IMG/VR virus record: IMGVR_UViG_3300030099_005838
Length of the DNA stretch: 64,000 bases
Direction: 5' to 3' (one strand)
Source of the DNA: a virus
The translations under genes were made by a program, and so were the position numbers. Shown here in pieces: positions 45,721-54,478 of this stretch; position 1 is the stretch's first letter, and each line of letters starts with the position of its first letter. The notes below the pieces were generated by a model. The model had not been told where the DNA came from. It did no database searches and worked only from the letters and a program-made list of their open reading frames with translations.

Positions 45721-46196
45721 ATGATAAGTTATATTTAGACAAACTCAAAGCAGAGGTAAAGTTTTTAAAGTTAGAGTCACAATACATCAGAGGTTTATTT
45801 GAGGATGCGTTGTTAGAATTCAATAATTGTTTTAAAGAGAAATTGGAAAACAAAAAAGCTCCGCAAAATAAAAAATCAAAAAAATCTAAGAGTAAAAACT
45901 TAGATAAGATATATAAGAAAATAGCTAGTAAAGTACATCCTGATAAACCGCTTGGTAATAAACAAGTTTTCAATCAACTAACTGATATGGTTGAGCAAAA
46001 TGATTTGCATGGTTTAATGGAGATGGCAGAAACTTACAATGTCGATGTTGTAAAAGATATCAACACTAAGACATATGAAGTTGTTGTTGATGATTTGAAA
46101 GATACCATTGATGAGTATAAATCAACTATTGCATATCAATGGAAATATAGTGATAAGGCTACAAAAAATAAAATAGAGTCTATTATAAAAAAATAG
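45717..46196 (+). CDS. J-domain protein
   Basis: KIYKKIASKVHPDK..FNQL. Confidence 0.75.
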   Translation: MNDKLYLDKLKAEVKFLKLESQYIRGLFEDALLEFNNCFKEKLENKKAPQNKKSKKSKSKNLDKIYKKIASKVHPDKPLGNKQVFNQLTDMVEQNDLHGLMEMAETYNVDVVKDINTKTYEVVVDDLKDTIDEYKSTIAYQWKYSDKATKNKIESIIKK

Positions 46197-46216
46197 TATG
46201 ATGATATTTATATATA

Positions 46217-46321
46217 GTTCATGCCACCGAAAGAATGGGGAGCATATTTAAGATGGGTGGAGATAATTTTATTTCTCAAAGATTGATAACCCGCTCTACT
46301 TTCGTCTGGTGTGACTTTTTT
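46217..46321 (+). ncRNA. candidate ~100-nt structured RNA
   Basis: Follows ATATTTATA 46204; nested stems CGAAAG/CTTTCG, GGAGC/GCTCT, GGGT/ACCC, GAGA/TCTC; ends in T6. Confidence 0.45.
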
Positions 46322-46388
46322 ACAGAAAAAATGTTTTTTTTACAGATAACCTAATATTTATATATACAATATGACATACGCACGAATG

Positions 46389-46404
46389 TGGTATAGATAT
46401 TGTA
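46389..46404 (+). promoter_or_regulatory. sigma54-like -24/-12 promoter
   Basis: TGGTAT-AGATA-TTGTA upstream of hsp20. Confidence 0.5.
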
Positions 46405-46472
46405 ACATATAGTTGTATCGCTCACGGTGAGGATACAAGTTTGACTAAATAGTAAACAACTGGAGAAATAAA

Positions 46473-46949
46473 ATGACTAAAGTTACTTTTCATCGCGGTT
46501 TACCCGTAATCGATAGAGATTCCTTTTTAACACCTTTTGATAGAATGTTTGATGAGATTGTAGGAAAATCTTTTCCTGAAATCAATCAGCAAGTTGGAGT
46601 CAATCCATTTCAAGGTACAGCATACCCAAAAGTCAACGTATATGAATACGATGACAAAATTGGTGTGATAGCAGAGATACCTGGTTTGGATAAAAAAGAC
46701 TTACATGTAGAAGTTGAAGAAGGTGTGTTAACCGTATCTGGAGAGAAATCTCATGGATTTTTTGATGAAACCAAAGCAAAAGTTTTGCGTCGTGAGTTAA
46801 AGCACTCATCTTTTAAAAGACAATTTACTTTAGGTGATATGTTAGATGGAGATAATATCTCTGCTAATTTTAAAGATGGTATTTTATCAATCGAAATCCC
46901 AAAGATAGAACCCGCACTTCCAAAGAAAAGCGTTGTCAAAATTAAGTAA
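46473..46949 (+). CDS. small heat-shock protein Hsp20
   Basis: YPKVNVYE..AEIPGL..LTVSGEK..FKRQFTL..FKDGILSIEIPK. Confidence 0.92.
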   Translation: MTKVTFHRGLPVIDRDSFLTPFDRMFDEIVGKSFPEINQQVGVNPFQGTAYPKVNVYEYDDKIGVIAEIPGLDKKDLHVEVEEGVLTVSGEKSHGFFDETKAKVLRRELKHSSFKRQFTLGDMLDGDNISANFKDGILSIEIPKIEPALPKKSVVKIK

Positions 46950-47130
46950 TAAATTAATTTCGACTAACGACAGGTTGTATTATGTTCTTGGAACGGTGTC
47001 GGTAGATTCTGGTTTTAGTGTAGATAAATTAAAAAGAATGTGGAGATTGGCTGATGCCGTTCTAAAGAACGGAAATGTTTATTATATATGTAATGGTATC
47101 ATAGATGCCGAATTTGAAGAGATAAAGTAG
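46933..47130 (+). CDS. hypothetical protein
   Basis: TTG start, 65 aa. Confidence 0.45.
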   Translation: MSKLSNKLISTNDRLYYVLGTVSVDSGFSVDKLKRMWRLADAVLKNGNVYYICNGIIDAEFEEIK

Positions 47131-47168
47131 GTTAGGTATATTTATTACTAATATACAGGAGAACCTTA

Positions 47169-48047
47169 ATGTTTGAAAATACTAAATCATTCAATAAGTT
47201 AGTAGGATTTTCGGCCTTATCAATAGCTGGTAGTGCTGCTTTCTTTTCGGTTTATGGATTATCAAAGTTATTTGCAGGTGCACAGACTGCTGTAATCATA
47301 ATGGCTGGTTCATTGGAATTCGGTAAGTTAGTTGCAGCTTCGTTTCTATACAGATATTGGAAAGACATAAATCCTTTTCATAAAGTATATATGACAATAG
47401 CTACAATAATACTTATACTGATTACTTCGGCAGGTATATTTGGTTTTCTATCTAATGCATATCAAGGTGCTACTGTTTCTTTCGAAAAGGAAACCACAGC
47501 ATTACTATATAAGGAAGATAGATTAGAACAACTAAAAGATGATAAAAGGTTTTTGAAAGAGGAGTTAGAGGCTGCTTTATCTGAGTTGCCTGATAACTAC
47601 AGAACAGCAAAAAGAAAACTCAGAGAAGAATATCAACCCAAAATAAATAAAATTAATGAAGACATAATAAATCTCAAAAGTGAGGTTGGAGATTTAAAAG
47701 TACAGATAATAGAAACAGGTGTAGAAGTAGGGCCCGCTATTTATTTAGCAAAAGTGTTCGATACTGATGTAGATACTGTAGTTAAATTTTTTATCTTTGT
47801 ACTAATATTTGTTTTTGATCCTATGGCAGTTATATTTGTGATAAGTTACAATGTAACCTTATTAGATCAGAAAAAATCCAAACCCACAAGTTCCAATTCC
47901 GACATTACCACAAAGAAAAAGTGGTGGGAGGTATATGGTGAAAAGAAAGAGAAAGTTGAATCACCAATCACAATAAATACAGAAACCGGCGAACAAGAAG
48001 AATTACCCATACCGAAGGGAGCGATAATAAGAAAAAAAATGACTTGA
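47169..48047 (+). CDS. multi-TM protein with periplasmic coiled coil
   Basis: AGGAG SD; ATATTTATT at 47138; GSLEFGKLVAAS; IFVFDPMAV. Confidence 0.7.
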   Translation: MFENTKSFNKLVGFSALSIAGSAAFFSVYGLSKLFAGAQTAVIIMAGSLEFGKLVAASFLYRYWKDINPFHKVYMTIATIILILITSAGIFGFLSNAYQGATVSFEKETTALLYKEDRLEQLKDDKRFLKEELEAALSELPDNYRTAKRKLREEYQPKINKINEDIINLKSEVGDLKVQIIETGVEVGPAIYLAKVFDTDVDTVVKFFIFVLIFVFDPMAVIFVISYNVTLLDQKKSKPTSSNSDITTKKKWWEVYGEKKEKVESPITINTETGEQEELPIPKGAIIRKKMT

Positions 48048-48073
48048 CTTGTATTGCAATTCTTTTGTAGCTT
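48044..48073 (+). promoter_or_regulatory. early promoter
   Basis: TTGACT-N18-TAGCTT. Confidence 0.8.
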
Positions 48074-48099
48074 TAATAAGTAATTGAGAGGTAAAAAAT

Positions 48100-48618
48100 A
48101 TGATTTCAACAAAAAGTGCTTATGTCGCTATAATTACCATTACTTTAATCAATGGATTCTTTTCGACAAATATGTTTAAAAAATATGATGATATGTATAA
48201 AAAACAAATTACTGAACTGAGAGTCAGTAATAGAGCTTTGATTAAAAGATTGTCTGAATATGAAAAACATGGTGTAATTGTAGATGTGACGATGTATCAG
48301 CCTGATAAGATACAATGTGATGATACGCCTGATATTACAGCTGATGGTACTCGTATAAGGGTACACAAAGCTTCAGAGTATAAATTTGTTGCACTGTCTC
48401 GTAACCTTCTTAAACGTTGGGGCGGAGCTTTTGATTATGGGGATTTCATCCTAATCAAAGATGCAGGACATAAAGATGGTGTATATCAAGTAAGAGATAC
48501 TATGAACCCTAAATGGGTTAATGTCGTAGATATCTTAGAATCAAAAGGTGTTGAGCCGTACAAGTTCACCAACGCTCACATCTTCAAATTACCTTGGGTG
48601 AGCACAGAAAAAGGATAA
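48100..48618 (+). CDS. membrane-anchored 3D/RlpA-like (double-psi barrel) cell-wall enzyme
   Basis: VTMYQP..CDDTPDITADG..VALSRNL..VRDTMN..VDIL. Confidence 0.7.
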   Translation: MISTKSAYVAIITITLINGFFSTNMFKKYDDMYKKQITELRVSNRALIKRLSEYEKHGVIVDVTMYQPDKIQCDDTPDITADGTRIRVHKASEYKFVALSRNLLKRWGGAFDYGDFILIKDAGHKDGVYQVRDTMNPKWVNVVDILESKGVEPYKFTNAHIFKLPWVSTEKG

Positions 48619-48621
48619 GTT

Positions 48622-49050
48622 ATGTCAAAAAGTACATTTGAAAAAAATGGTGGTTACTTCATTGATGGAGTAGCATACATGGATTGTAAAATTACAGGTG
48701 AACCTGTTGCCAACGTTAGTACAAACGCTAAATCTGTAATTGGTAGTAGGGCTGTAATGGGCATGGTTGGAATACCAAAAGAGAAACCAAAAAAGGTTTC
48801 CACCGGTAGACCTGCCGGTTGGCACTTTATGAATGAGTTTGTTGATAAAGATGGTAATGTGTTTCATAAAGGTGTAGAACAGCCTAAGTTGAAAGGGACT
48901 CTTAAACCTACTAAAGTTGTTCCTAAAAAGAAAACTAAACGTAGAACTAAAGAAGAGATTCTTTTGGCACGTGATGCCGAGAAAAAAGCTGCACTTAAAA
49001 AGGCAGTAAAAAAGCAGAAAGATTTTCTAAATCATAAATTTGGAGATTAG
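48622..49050 (+). CDS. basic hypothetical protein
   Basis: GRPAGWHFM..FVDKDGNVFHKG. Confidence 0.65.
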   Translation: MSKSTFEKNGGYFIDGVAYMDCKITGEPVANVSTNAKSVIGSRAVMGMVGIPKEKPKKVSTGRPAGWHFMNEFVDKDGNVFHKGVEQPKLKGTLKPTKVVPKKKTKRRTKEEILLARDAEKKAALKKAVKKQKDFLNHKFGD

Positions 49051-49809
49051 ATGAAAATTGATATTGAAGATATCAAACCATGGGAATTTGATTTGAGTTC
49101 AGGTAAAATGAATCCAGATGATTTAAAGGGTTATGCTAGTAAAAACACACCTGATATGTATAAAATAGTACATTATCTTAAAAGAGAAGTTATCGATTGT
49201 AATAAACATGATAATCCCGTTATCAATAGAAAACTGAGAGAAGTTACAGTTGAAGAGGGAATGAAAATTGCCAAAGAGCTTTTTGAGATACTTGTTGATA
49301 GGGGAGATGGTATAGGATTAGCAGCTAATCAAGTAGGTATTGATGCTCAGGTTGCAGTTGTAAATGTTCGTGAACCTCTAATACTTATCAATCCAAAGAT
49401 TATATCCAAAGATAATAAGATACCATATTATGAAGGTTGTTTATCTTATCCAGGTAAGGGAATACATACCGAAAGATATGAAACCATTGAAGTAAAAACC
49501 GAACAGTTAGAGGGTAGTTGGATTTTTACAGGTGTCGAAACAGGTGAAACTGGTAAGGGTAGTTGGGAGGCCGATGATAACAAGCGGGATAGACAATCAA
49601 CATTATTAGAGTCTGTTTGTGTTCAACATGAAATCGACCACTTGAATGGAATCACCATCTTAGATAGAAAAGTTGATACAACAGTAAAAAGAACTGAAAA
49701 GAAGATTGGTCGTAATGAATTAGTCACAATCAAAAAGGGTGATTCTGTTAAGGTATTGAAATATAAAAAGGCACAAAAGTTTTTGAACGATGGGTGGTTC
49801 ATCAAATAA
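49051..49809 (+). CDS. def: peptide deformylase
   Basis: GIGLAANQVG, EGCLS, QHEIDHLNG. Confidence 0.92.
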   Translation: MKIDIEDIKPWEFDLSSGKMNPDDLKGYASKNTPDMYKIVHYLKREVIDCNKHDNPVINRKLREVTVEEGMKIAKELFEILVDRGDGIGLAANQVGIDAQVAVVNVREPLILINPKIISKDNKIPYYEGCLSYPGKGIHTERYETIEVKTEQLEGSWIFTGVETGETGKGSWEADDNKRDRQSTLLESVCVQHEIDHLNGITILDRKVDTTVKRTEKKIGRNELVTIKKGDSVKVLKYKKAQKFLNDGWFIK

Positions 49810-50216
49810 TGAAAATTAGAGATATAGTCAGACCATTGTTACAAGAGATATATCAACCCGATGGTTGGAAAATGTTAACATGTTGTATGTTATTGAATCT
49901 AACCAACAGAAGACAGGTGGATGTGATTAGAGAAGAATTATTTAGACGATATCCTACACCAAAAGATATGATGAACGCTGATGAGTCTGAACTGGCACAA
50001 CTATTACAACCTTTGGGTTTGTATAATAGACGGGCCAAGTCATTAAAAAAAATGAGTGAAGGATATGTTAAAGGATTTAAATCTGTTGATGAATTATATG
50101 GTATAGGACAATATGCTAAAGATTCATGGGAGATATTTCAGAATAATAATAGAAACATAAAACCAACAGATAAGGTTTTACAAGAATATTTGAGGGTAAC
50201 AGATTGTATCAATTAG
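49809..50216 (+). CDS. MBD4-like HhH-GPD DNA glycosylase
   Basis: WKML..LLNLT..YPTP..LLQPLGL..RAK..LYGIGQYAKDS..PTDK. Confidence 0.8.
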   Translation: MKIRDIVRPLLQEIYQPDGWKMLTCCMLLNLTNRRQVDVIREELFRRYPTPKDMMNADESELAQLLQPLGLYNRRAKSLKKMSEGYVKGFKSVDELYGIGQYAKDSWEIFQNNNRNIKPTDKVLQEYLRVTDCIN

Positions 50217-50719
50217 AATTATTCGAAAAAACAGACATACAAATAAAAGATGAGATTCAATATTACTTTGATTACTTACAAACTTCAAATGATGCATTTG
50301 GTGGTTTACCTGTTTGTCCTTTTTTGAAAGCAGAAATAGAAAGTAATAAGCTTATGGTTGAAATTTGGCGACCAGACGAAAAAAGTTTTGTCGAAATTTG
50401 GAATGAGTTTGAAAAATCAAATTACGATTCGGCAATAATAATTTGTATTGATACGGAAGGTATAAATTGGAATGTTGTGGATAGAAGGGGATATCAAAAA
50501 TTTATTCAAAAATATTTGAAAAAAACCAAATACAAAGCATTATGTTTTTCACCCTTCGAGGAACATACCGCAGCCGGAGAAGAGACAAGAAAAAAATCAC
50601 CATATTTTTTGATAAACATCGCAGGAAGAGATGCACTCAATGACGCTCACAAAAAATTATTGAACACAAAGTATTTTAAAAATTTTTCTAAAAAAGAATT
50701 GAAAACTCTAAAAGTATAA
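50204..50719 (+). CDS. hypothetical protein
   Basis: GGLPVCPF motif. Confidence 0.55.
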   Translation: MYQLELFEKTDIQIKDEIQYYFDYLQTSNDAFGGLPVCPFLKAEIESNKLMVEIWRPDEKSFVEIWNEFEKSNYDSAIIICIDTEGINWNVVDRRGYQKFIQKYLKKTKYKALCFSPFEEHTAAGEETRKKSPYFLINIAGRDALNDAHKKLLNTKYFKNFSKKELKTLKV

Positions 50720-51241
50720 AGGTTAAAAATGAAAACAGTAAGAACAATCATAAAAGATATGGTGGATAAATATCCCAATGATATGGAACTAGGTGCTCGC
50801 GTCAGATGGTATATTCGTTGGTTATATGAAGGTAAGGAAGATGCAGAAGAGAATACTAATAAATCTAAATGGTCAGCGTGAAAAAGAATTGGGTATATTA
50901 TATGATAGAAGGTATTAAAAATATGTTTGGTAAGAGGACACCTTCAAATTGGATTGAGGGTATGTCGATTGAATTGAAATCAAGAAGATTTGATTGGCCA
51001 AATGTATTTGTTTACTTTATATTTATTCCTGGTATGAGTTATATATTTTTTTATGCAGTATTTTGTTTATGGAGATTATATAATGGGTAGACTAGGTGAT
51101 TGGGATAAAGTAGAAAAAAAACCAAGACCATTAAATTACACCAGACAAGATGAACTTTTTGATTATTTCAAATTCTTTCTGATATTTATTATTGGTTATT
51201 TATATTTTCATTTTATTATAATGGGATGGAATATTTAATAT

Positions 51242-51655
51242 GGGGCTGAAATGGTATCGATTATTATCATCAGTTTAGTAAGTGCAGCAGAGATTGAGTC
51301 AATATCTCGTGACAAAAGACTCACTACACTCAAATGGCGATAATTCGCTTGAAGGGTTAGATATAGATTGGCATCTTGCAGAGTATGATTACTCTCAAGC
51401 ACCAATCGGTGATTATCAACCATCTTACTCATACGCTGCGTAAGATACTGAGTTGTCTAACACTCGGTCATAAAATAAGTTAGACAAACTCACTTTAGCT
51501 AGAGGGAAGTTAGTGATTAAAGAAACTGCCAGTTGGTAACTCTGAACAAAGTTACAAGTGGTTTGTCAGTATCTACTCATTTGAAACTGAACTAAGCTGT
51601 AAATGACTTAACGAATGGATATAATAAGACGTGGGTTCGACTCCCGCCAGCTCCA
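51242..51655 (+). ncRNA. ssrA: tmRNA
   Basis: 5' GGGGCTGAAATGGTATCGAT, 3' GGGTTCGACTCCCGCCAGCTCCA, G3-U pair, PK1, tag frame ending YAA*; CCA not encoded. Confidence 0.92.
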
Positions 51656-51673
51656 CAAATTTAGGAAGTAAAT

Positions 51674-52078
51674 ATGGCAAGTATATTGTTACCACCCTGT
51701 ATAGCTGCAAAATCTTTGGTTTCTTCATCGATACCAATAGCACAAAGCTCGATAGCTTTGGCGGCAGGTTATTCAGCAGGTGTAGCACCTGTTGTGGCGT
51801 CATTGACAACTGCAACTACAACATTGGCCGGTGTAACAGCTATTCTTACACCAGCTGCAGCTGTGTCTCCACCTTGTGTTATAGGTTTGAATACTGTCGC
51901 AGGTGCAGTTAGTCAGATTGTAACAATAAACGCTTCTATAGTAGCAGCAGGTGTACAAGCAGTAGCCGCTGCAGGACTTCCATCACCAACGTTTCCTGCT
52001 GCTGGACAATTAGTTGTAACTCAATTAACTGCTTTGGATACATACATTCAAACAGTATTAATTACACCGCAATTGTAA
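51674..52078 (+). CDS. almost uncharged Ala/Val/Thr-rich protein
   Basis: AGGA SD; 134 aa with only one Lys and one Asp. Confidence 0.65.
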   Translation: MASILLPPCIAAKSLVSSSIPIAQSSIALAAGYSAGVAPVVASLTTATTTLAGVTAILTPAAAVSPPCVIGLNTVAGAVSQIVTINASIVAAGVQAVAAAGLPSPTFPAAGQLVVTQLTALDTYIQTVLITPQL

Positions 52079-52087
52079 AAAAAGACT

Positions 52088-52117
52088 TGACTTATATGCA
52101 TTTTTATTCGTAGCTTA
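52088..52117 (+). promoter_or_regulatory. early promoter
   Basis: TTGACT-N18-TAGCTT. Confidence 0.8.
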
Positions 52118-52139
52118 AGGGGTAACGAAAGAGGAAAAA

Positions 52140-52649
52140 ATGAACAAAAAAACAGTAATATTTGATTTAGATGGTACTCTGGCCAACATCGATACCAGAA
52201 GAAATATGTCTATGAAACCAAATGGTAGATTAGATTGGGATATATTTGCTGACCATTCTTCGATTCTCAATTGGGATGTACCAAATGTACCAGTAATTAA
52301 GATGGCTCAGTTATTCAAAGCTGATGGATTTAGAATTGTTATTTTCTCAGGTAGGAATGATAGAGGTTTTGATGCGACAGTTCAATGGTTGGATAGTAAC
52401 GATGTACCATTTGATTTGTTGGTTATGAGACCTGATAAATTTAAGGATAAGTCCTGGCCAATTGCAGATGGTAATCCTGCAACACCTGATATGAGATTTA
52501 TGCCAGATGAAATTTTGAAGAAGAAAATGTTAGATACTTTTGTAGATATTGATGATGTCTTTTTGGTTGTGGATGATAGAGATAAGGTTGTGAAGATGTG
52601 GAGAGATTTAGGTTTGAATACTTTCCAAGTGGCACCAGGAGATTTTTAA
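52140..52649 (+). CDS. HAD 3'-phosphatase (T4 PseT/Pnk phosphatase-domain-like)
   Basis: IFDLDGTLA, FSGR, MRP, VDDRDKVVKMW. Confidence 0.85.
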   Translation: MNKKTVIFDLDGTLANIDTRRNMSMKPNGRLDWDIFADHSSILNWDVPNVPVIKMAQLFKADGFRIVIFSGRNDRGFDATVQWLDSNDVPFDLLVMRPDKFKDKSWPIADGNPATPDMRFMPDEILKKKMLDTFVDIDDVFLVVDDRDKVVKMWRDLGLNTFQVAPGDF

Positions 52650-52753
52650 GAGTGTACTCCAATGATTCTCGAGCGTCGAACGCTGATAGTGCGTTCTCCA
52701 CATTGGTTGATAATTGCCATCCTAGGAATGTGGATTAAGTTGGAGACACTCTT
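52648..52753 (+). ncRNA. candidate multi-helix RNA upstream of tRNA-Ala
   Basis: 14-bp closing stem enclosing GAACGC/GCGTTC and TCCACATT/AATGTGGA. Confidence 0.5.
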
Positions 52754-52760
52754 TGATTAT

Positions 52761-52833
52761 GGGGCTGTAGCTCAGTTGGGAGAGCGCTACACTTGCACTG
52801 TAGAGGTCGCAGGTTCGATTCCTGTCAGCTCCA
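52761..52833 (+). tRNA. tRNA-Ala(UGC)
   Basis: GGGGCTG/CAGCTCC, CTACA-CTTGCAC-TGTAG, GGTTCGATTCC. Confidence 0.95.
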
Positions 52834-52840
52834 CTTTAAT

Positions 52841-52911
52841 GTGGTGGTAGCCAAATGGTTAGGCAACGGATTGCAAACCCGTGTACGTGAGTTCGATTCT
52901 CACCCACCACT
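52841..52911 (+). tRNA. tRNA-Cys(GCA)
   Basis: GTGGTGG/CCACCAC + U73; loop TTGCAAA; GTTCGATTC. Confidence 0.88.
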
Positions 52912-52936
52912 CAAAAACTTTTAGTGAGGTTATGAA

Positions 52937-53146
52937 ATGAAAATAAAGATAAAGAAAAAATTAGTAGATGGTGAAATACTGAAAACAGAGCAGTTACACC
53001 TGTCTATACCGAAAGTGATATTCGATGAGTTGAATTGGGAAGAAGGTACATTGGTTGAATGGGAAACCGATTTACATTTGGAAAATGGTAAAGATGATAA
53101 AGTTAGAATATTGCTTAGAAACATTGATGATAAAATTTTACAGTAG
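52937..53146 (+). CDS. AbrB/MazE-like DNA-binding protein
   Basis: LSIPKVIFDELNWEEGTLVEW. Confidence 0.55.
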   Translation: MKIKIKKKLVDGEILKTEQLHLSIPKVIFDELNWEEGTLVEWETDLHLENGKDDKVRILLRNIDDKILQ

Positions 53147-53198
53147 GTAAAAATAAATTTGTATTTGGGAAAATATATAAATATATATTATTATACAT

Positions 53199-53270
53199 GC
53201 GGTGGAAGTCTTAGAGGTAAGACGTTTCGATTCCATCGAAAAGGTGTAGGTTCGATTCCTACCCACCGCT
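53199..53270 (+). tRNA. tRNA-Gly(UCC), atypical
   Basis: GCGGTGG/CCACCGC + U73; TTTCG-ATTCCAT-CGAAA; A8 and A32. Confidence 0.85.
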
Positions 53271-53320
53271 CAAAATTTTTGGCCAGTAAGGCTATTTAAC
53301 GATTGATAATTAACTAAAAT

Positions 53321-54478
53321 ATGTTTGATAAATTTTTTGATGAACCAAAATTCGACTTTGACGCTGAGCGTACAAAGTTCATATCTAACTTAGACTTACT
53401 AAAGTCTATGTCTGTACAAGAACAAACCTTATATAAGAAGTGGCAAGAATTCAATAAGAATGAATATAATATGAGGAATAAAGTTACGAACTTTCCTAAA
53501 TATTATAACAGACTTTGGAAACCCACCGATATTACAAATAAAGAATTAACCATAAAAGAAATTGAATCTATAGAACCAGAGGTTGTGTTTGTTCCATCTG
53601 ATGATGCTAGTAATTGGACTATGTATCGTATGTTAATTCACACTATGGATTGGAGTGCTAATCCTGGTCGTAATCAAAAGTATTTTGTAAGAGATAAAGT
53701 TACAGATAAGATATTAGGTTTAGTATCATTAGGTTCTGATGTTACATCAATCAAAGTTCGTGATGACTATATTGGTTGGAGTAAGGATAATAAATTTGTC
53801 GACCATAAACTAAATAATACCGCTATCGCTTCTACAATAGTTTGTACTCAACCTATTGGTTTTAATTTCTTAGGTGGTAAACTAATTGCAGCATTAACAA
53901 CATCATCTACCATTCGTGATAAATGGTTTGAACAATATAATGATATTCTAATTGGTGTAACCACTACATCGCTTTATGGTGTACACTCACAGTATAATGG
54001 TATACCACATTGGAAAACACTTGGTGAATCTGCTGGTAAGATTGCAATCAAACCAGACGATGATGTTTACTTTGTGTGGGCCAATTGGTTGAAAGAAAAT
54101 TATAGGGAAGAGTTTGATAAGGCACAAAGTCAAACAGGCCCTAAACAAAATACTATCAATCGTATCTTCAAACACTTAGGTATAAAAGGTAAGGATTATG
54201 AACATGGATTTCATAGAGGTGTATTCTTTGCCAATATGTATGACAATGGTTTAGAATATCTGAGAAATGAAATTGAAGATAAAGATTTAAGAATGAAACC
54301 AAAATTTGAAAATGATATAGATTACATAATGAATTGGTGGAAACCAAAAGCCATCAGACGTTATGTTAAACTATATGACAATGATAAACTTAAACCTGAA
54401 GTGCTTTTCTATGGTGATATTGTAGGAAAGACTTGGGAAGAAACTAAGAAACAATATATAGGAGAAGTAGGAAGATGA
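53321..54478 (+). CDS. DUF4338/DruA-like protein
   Basis: NPGRNQKY..RDDYIGW..QPIGFNFLGGKLIA..TTTSLYG. Confidence 0.65.
   Translation: MFDKFFDEPKFDFDAERTKFISNLDLLKSMSVQEQTLYKKWQEFNKNEYNMRNKVTNFPKYYNRLWKPTDITNKELTIKEIESIEPEVVFVPSDDASNWTMYRMLIHTMDWSANPGRNQKYFVRDKVTDKILGLVSLGSDVTSIKVRDDYIGWSKDNKFVDHKLNNTAIASTIVCTQPIGFNFLGGKLIAALTTSSTIRDKWFEQYNDILIGVTTTSLYGVHSQYNGIPHWKTLGESAGKIAIKPDDDVYFVWANWLKENYREEFDKAQSQTGPKQNTINRIFKHLGIKGKDYEHGFHRGVFFANMYDNGLEYLRNEIEDKDLRMKPKFENDIDYIMNWWKPKAIRRYVKLYDNDKLKPEVLFYGDIVGKTWEETKKQYIGEVGR

Noticed and set aside
51235-51912. Minus-strand ORFs 51235, 51573, 51631
   Set aside because: Antisense to tmRNA and the 51674 gene; no SD or motif
52662-52850. 62-aa ORF
   Set aside because: Runs through the structured RNA, tRNA-Ala and into tRNA-Cys
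53321-54478. Complete Druantia defence system
   Set aside because: No DruE helicase or other Dru genes in the window
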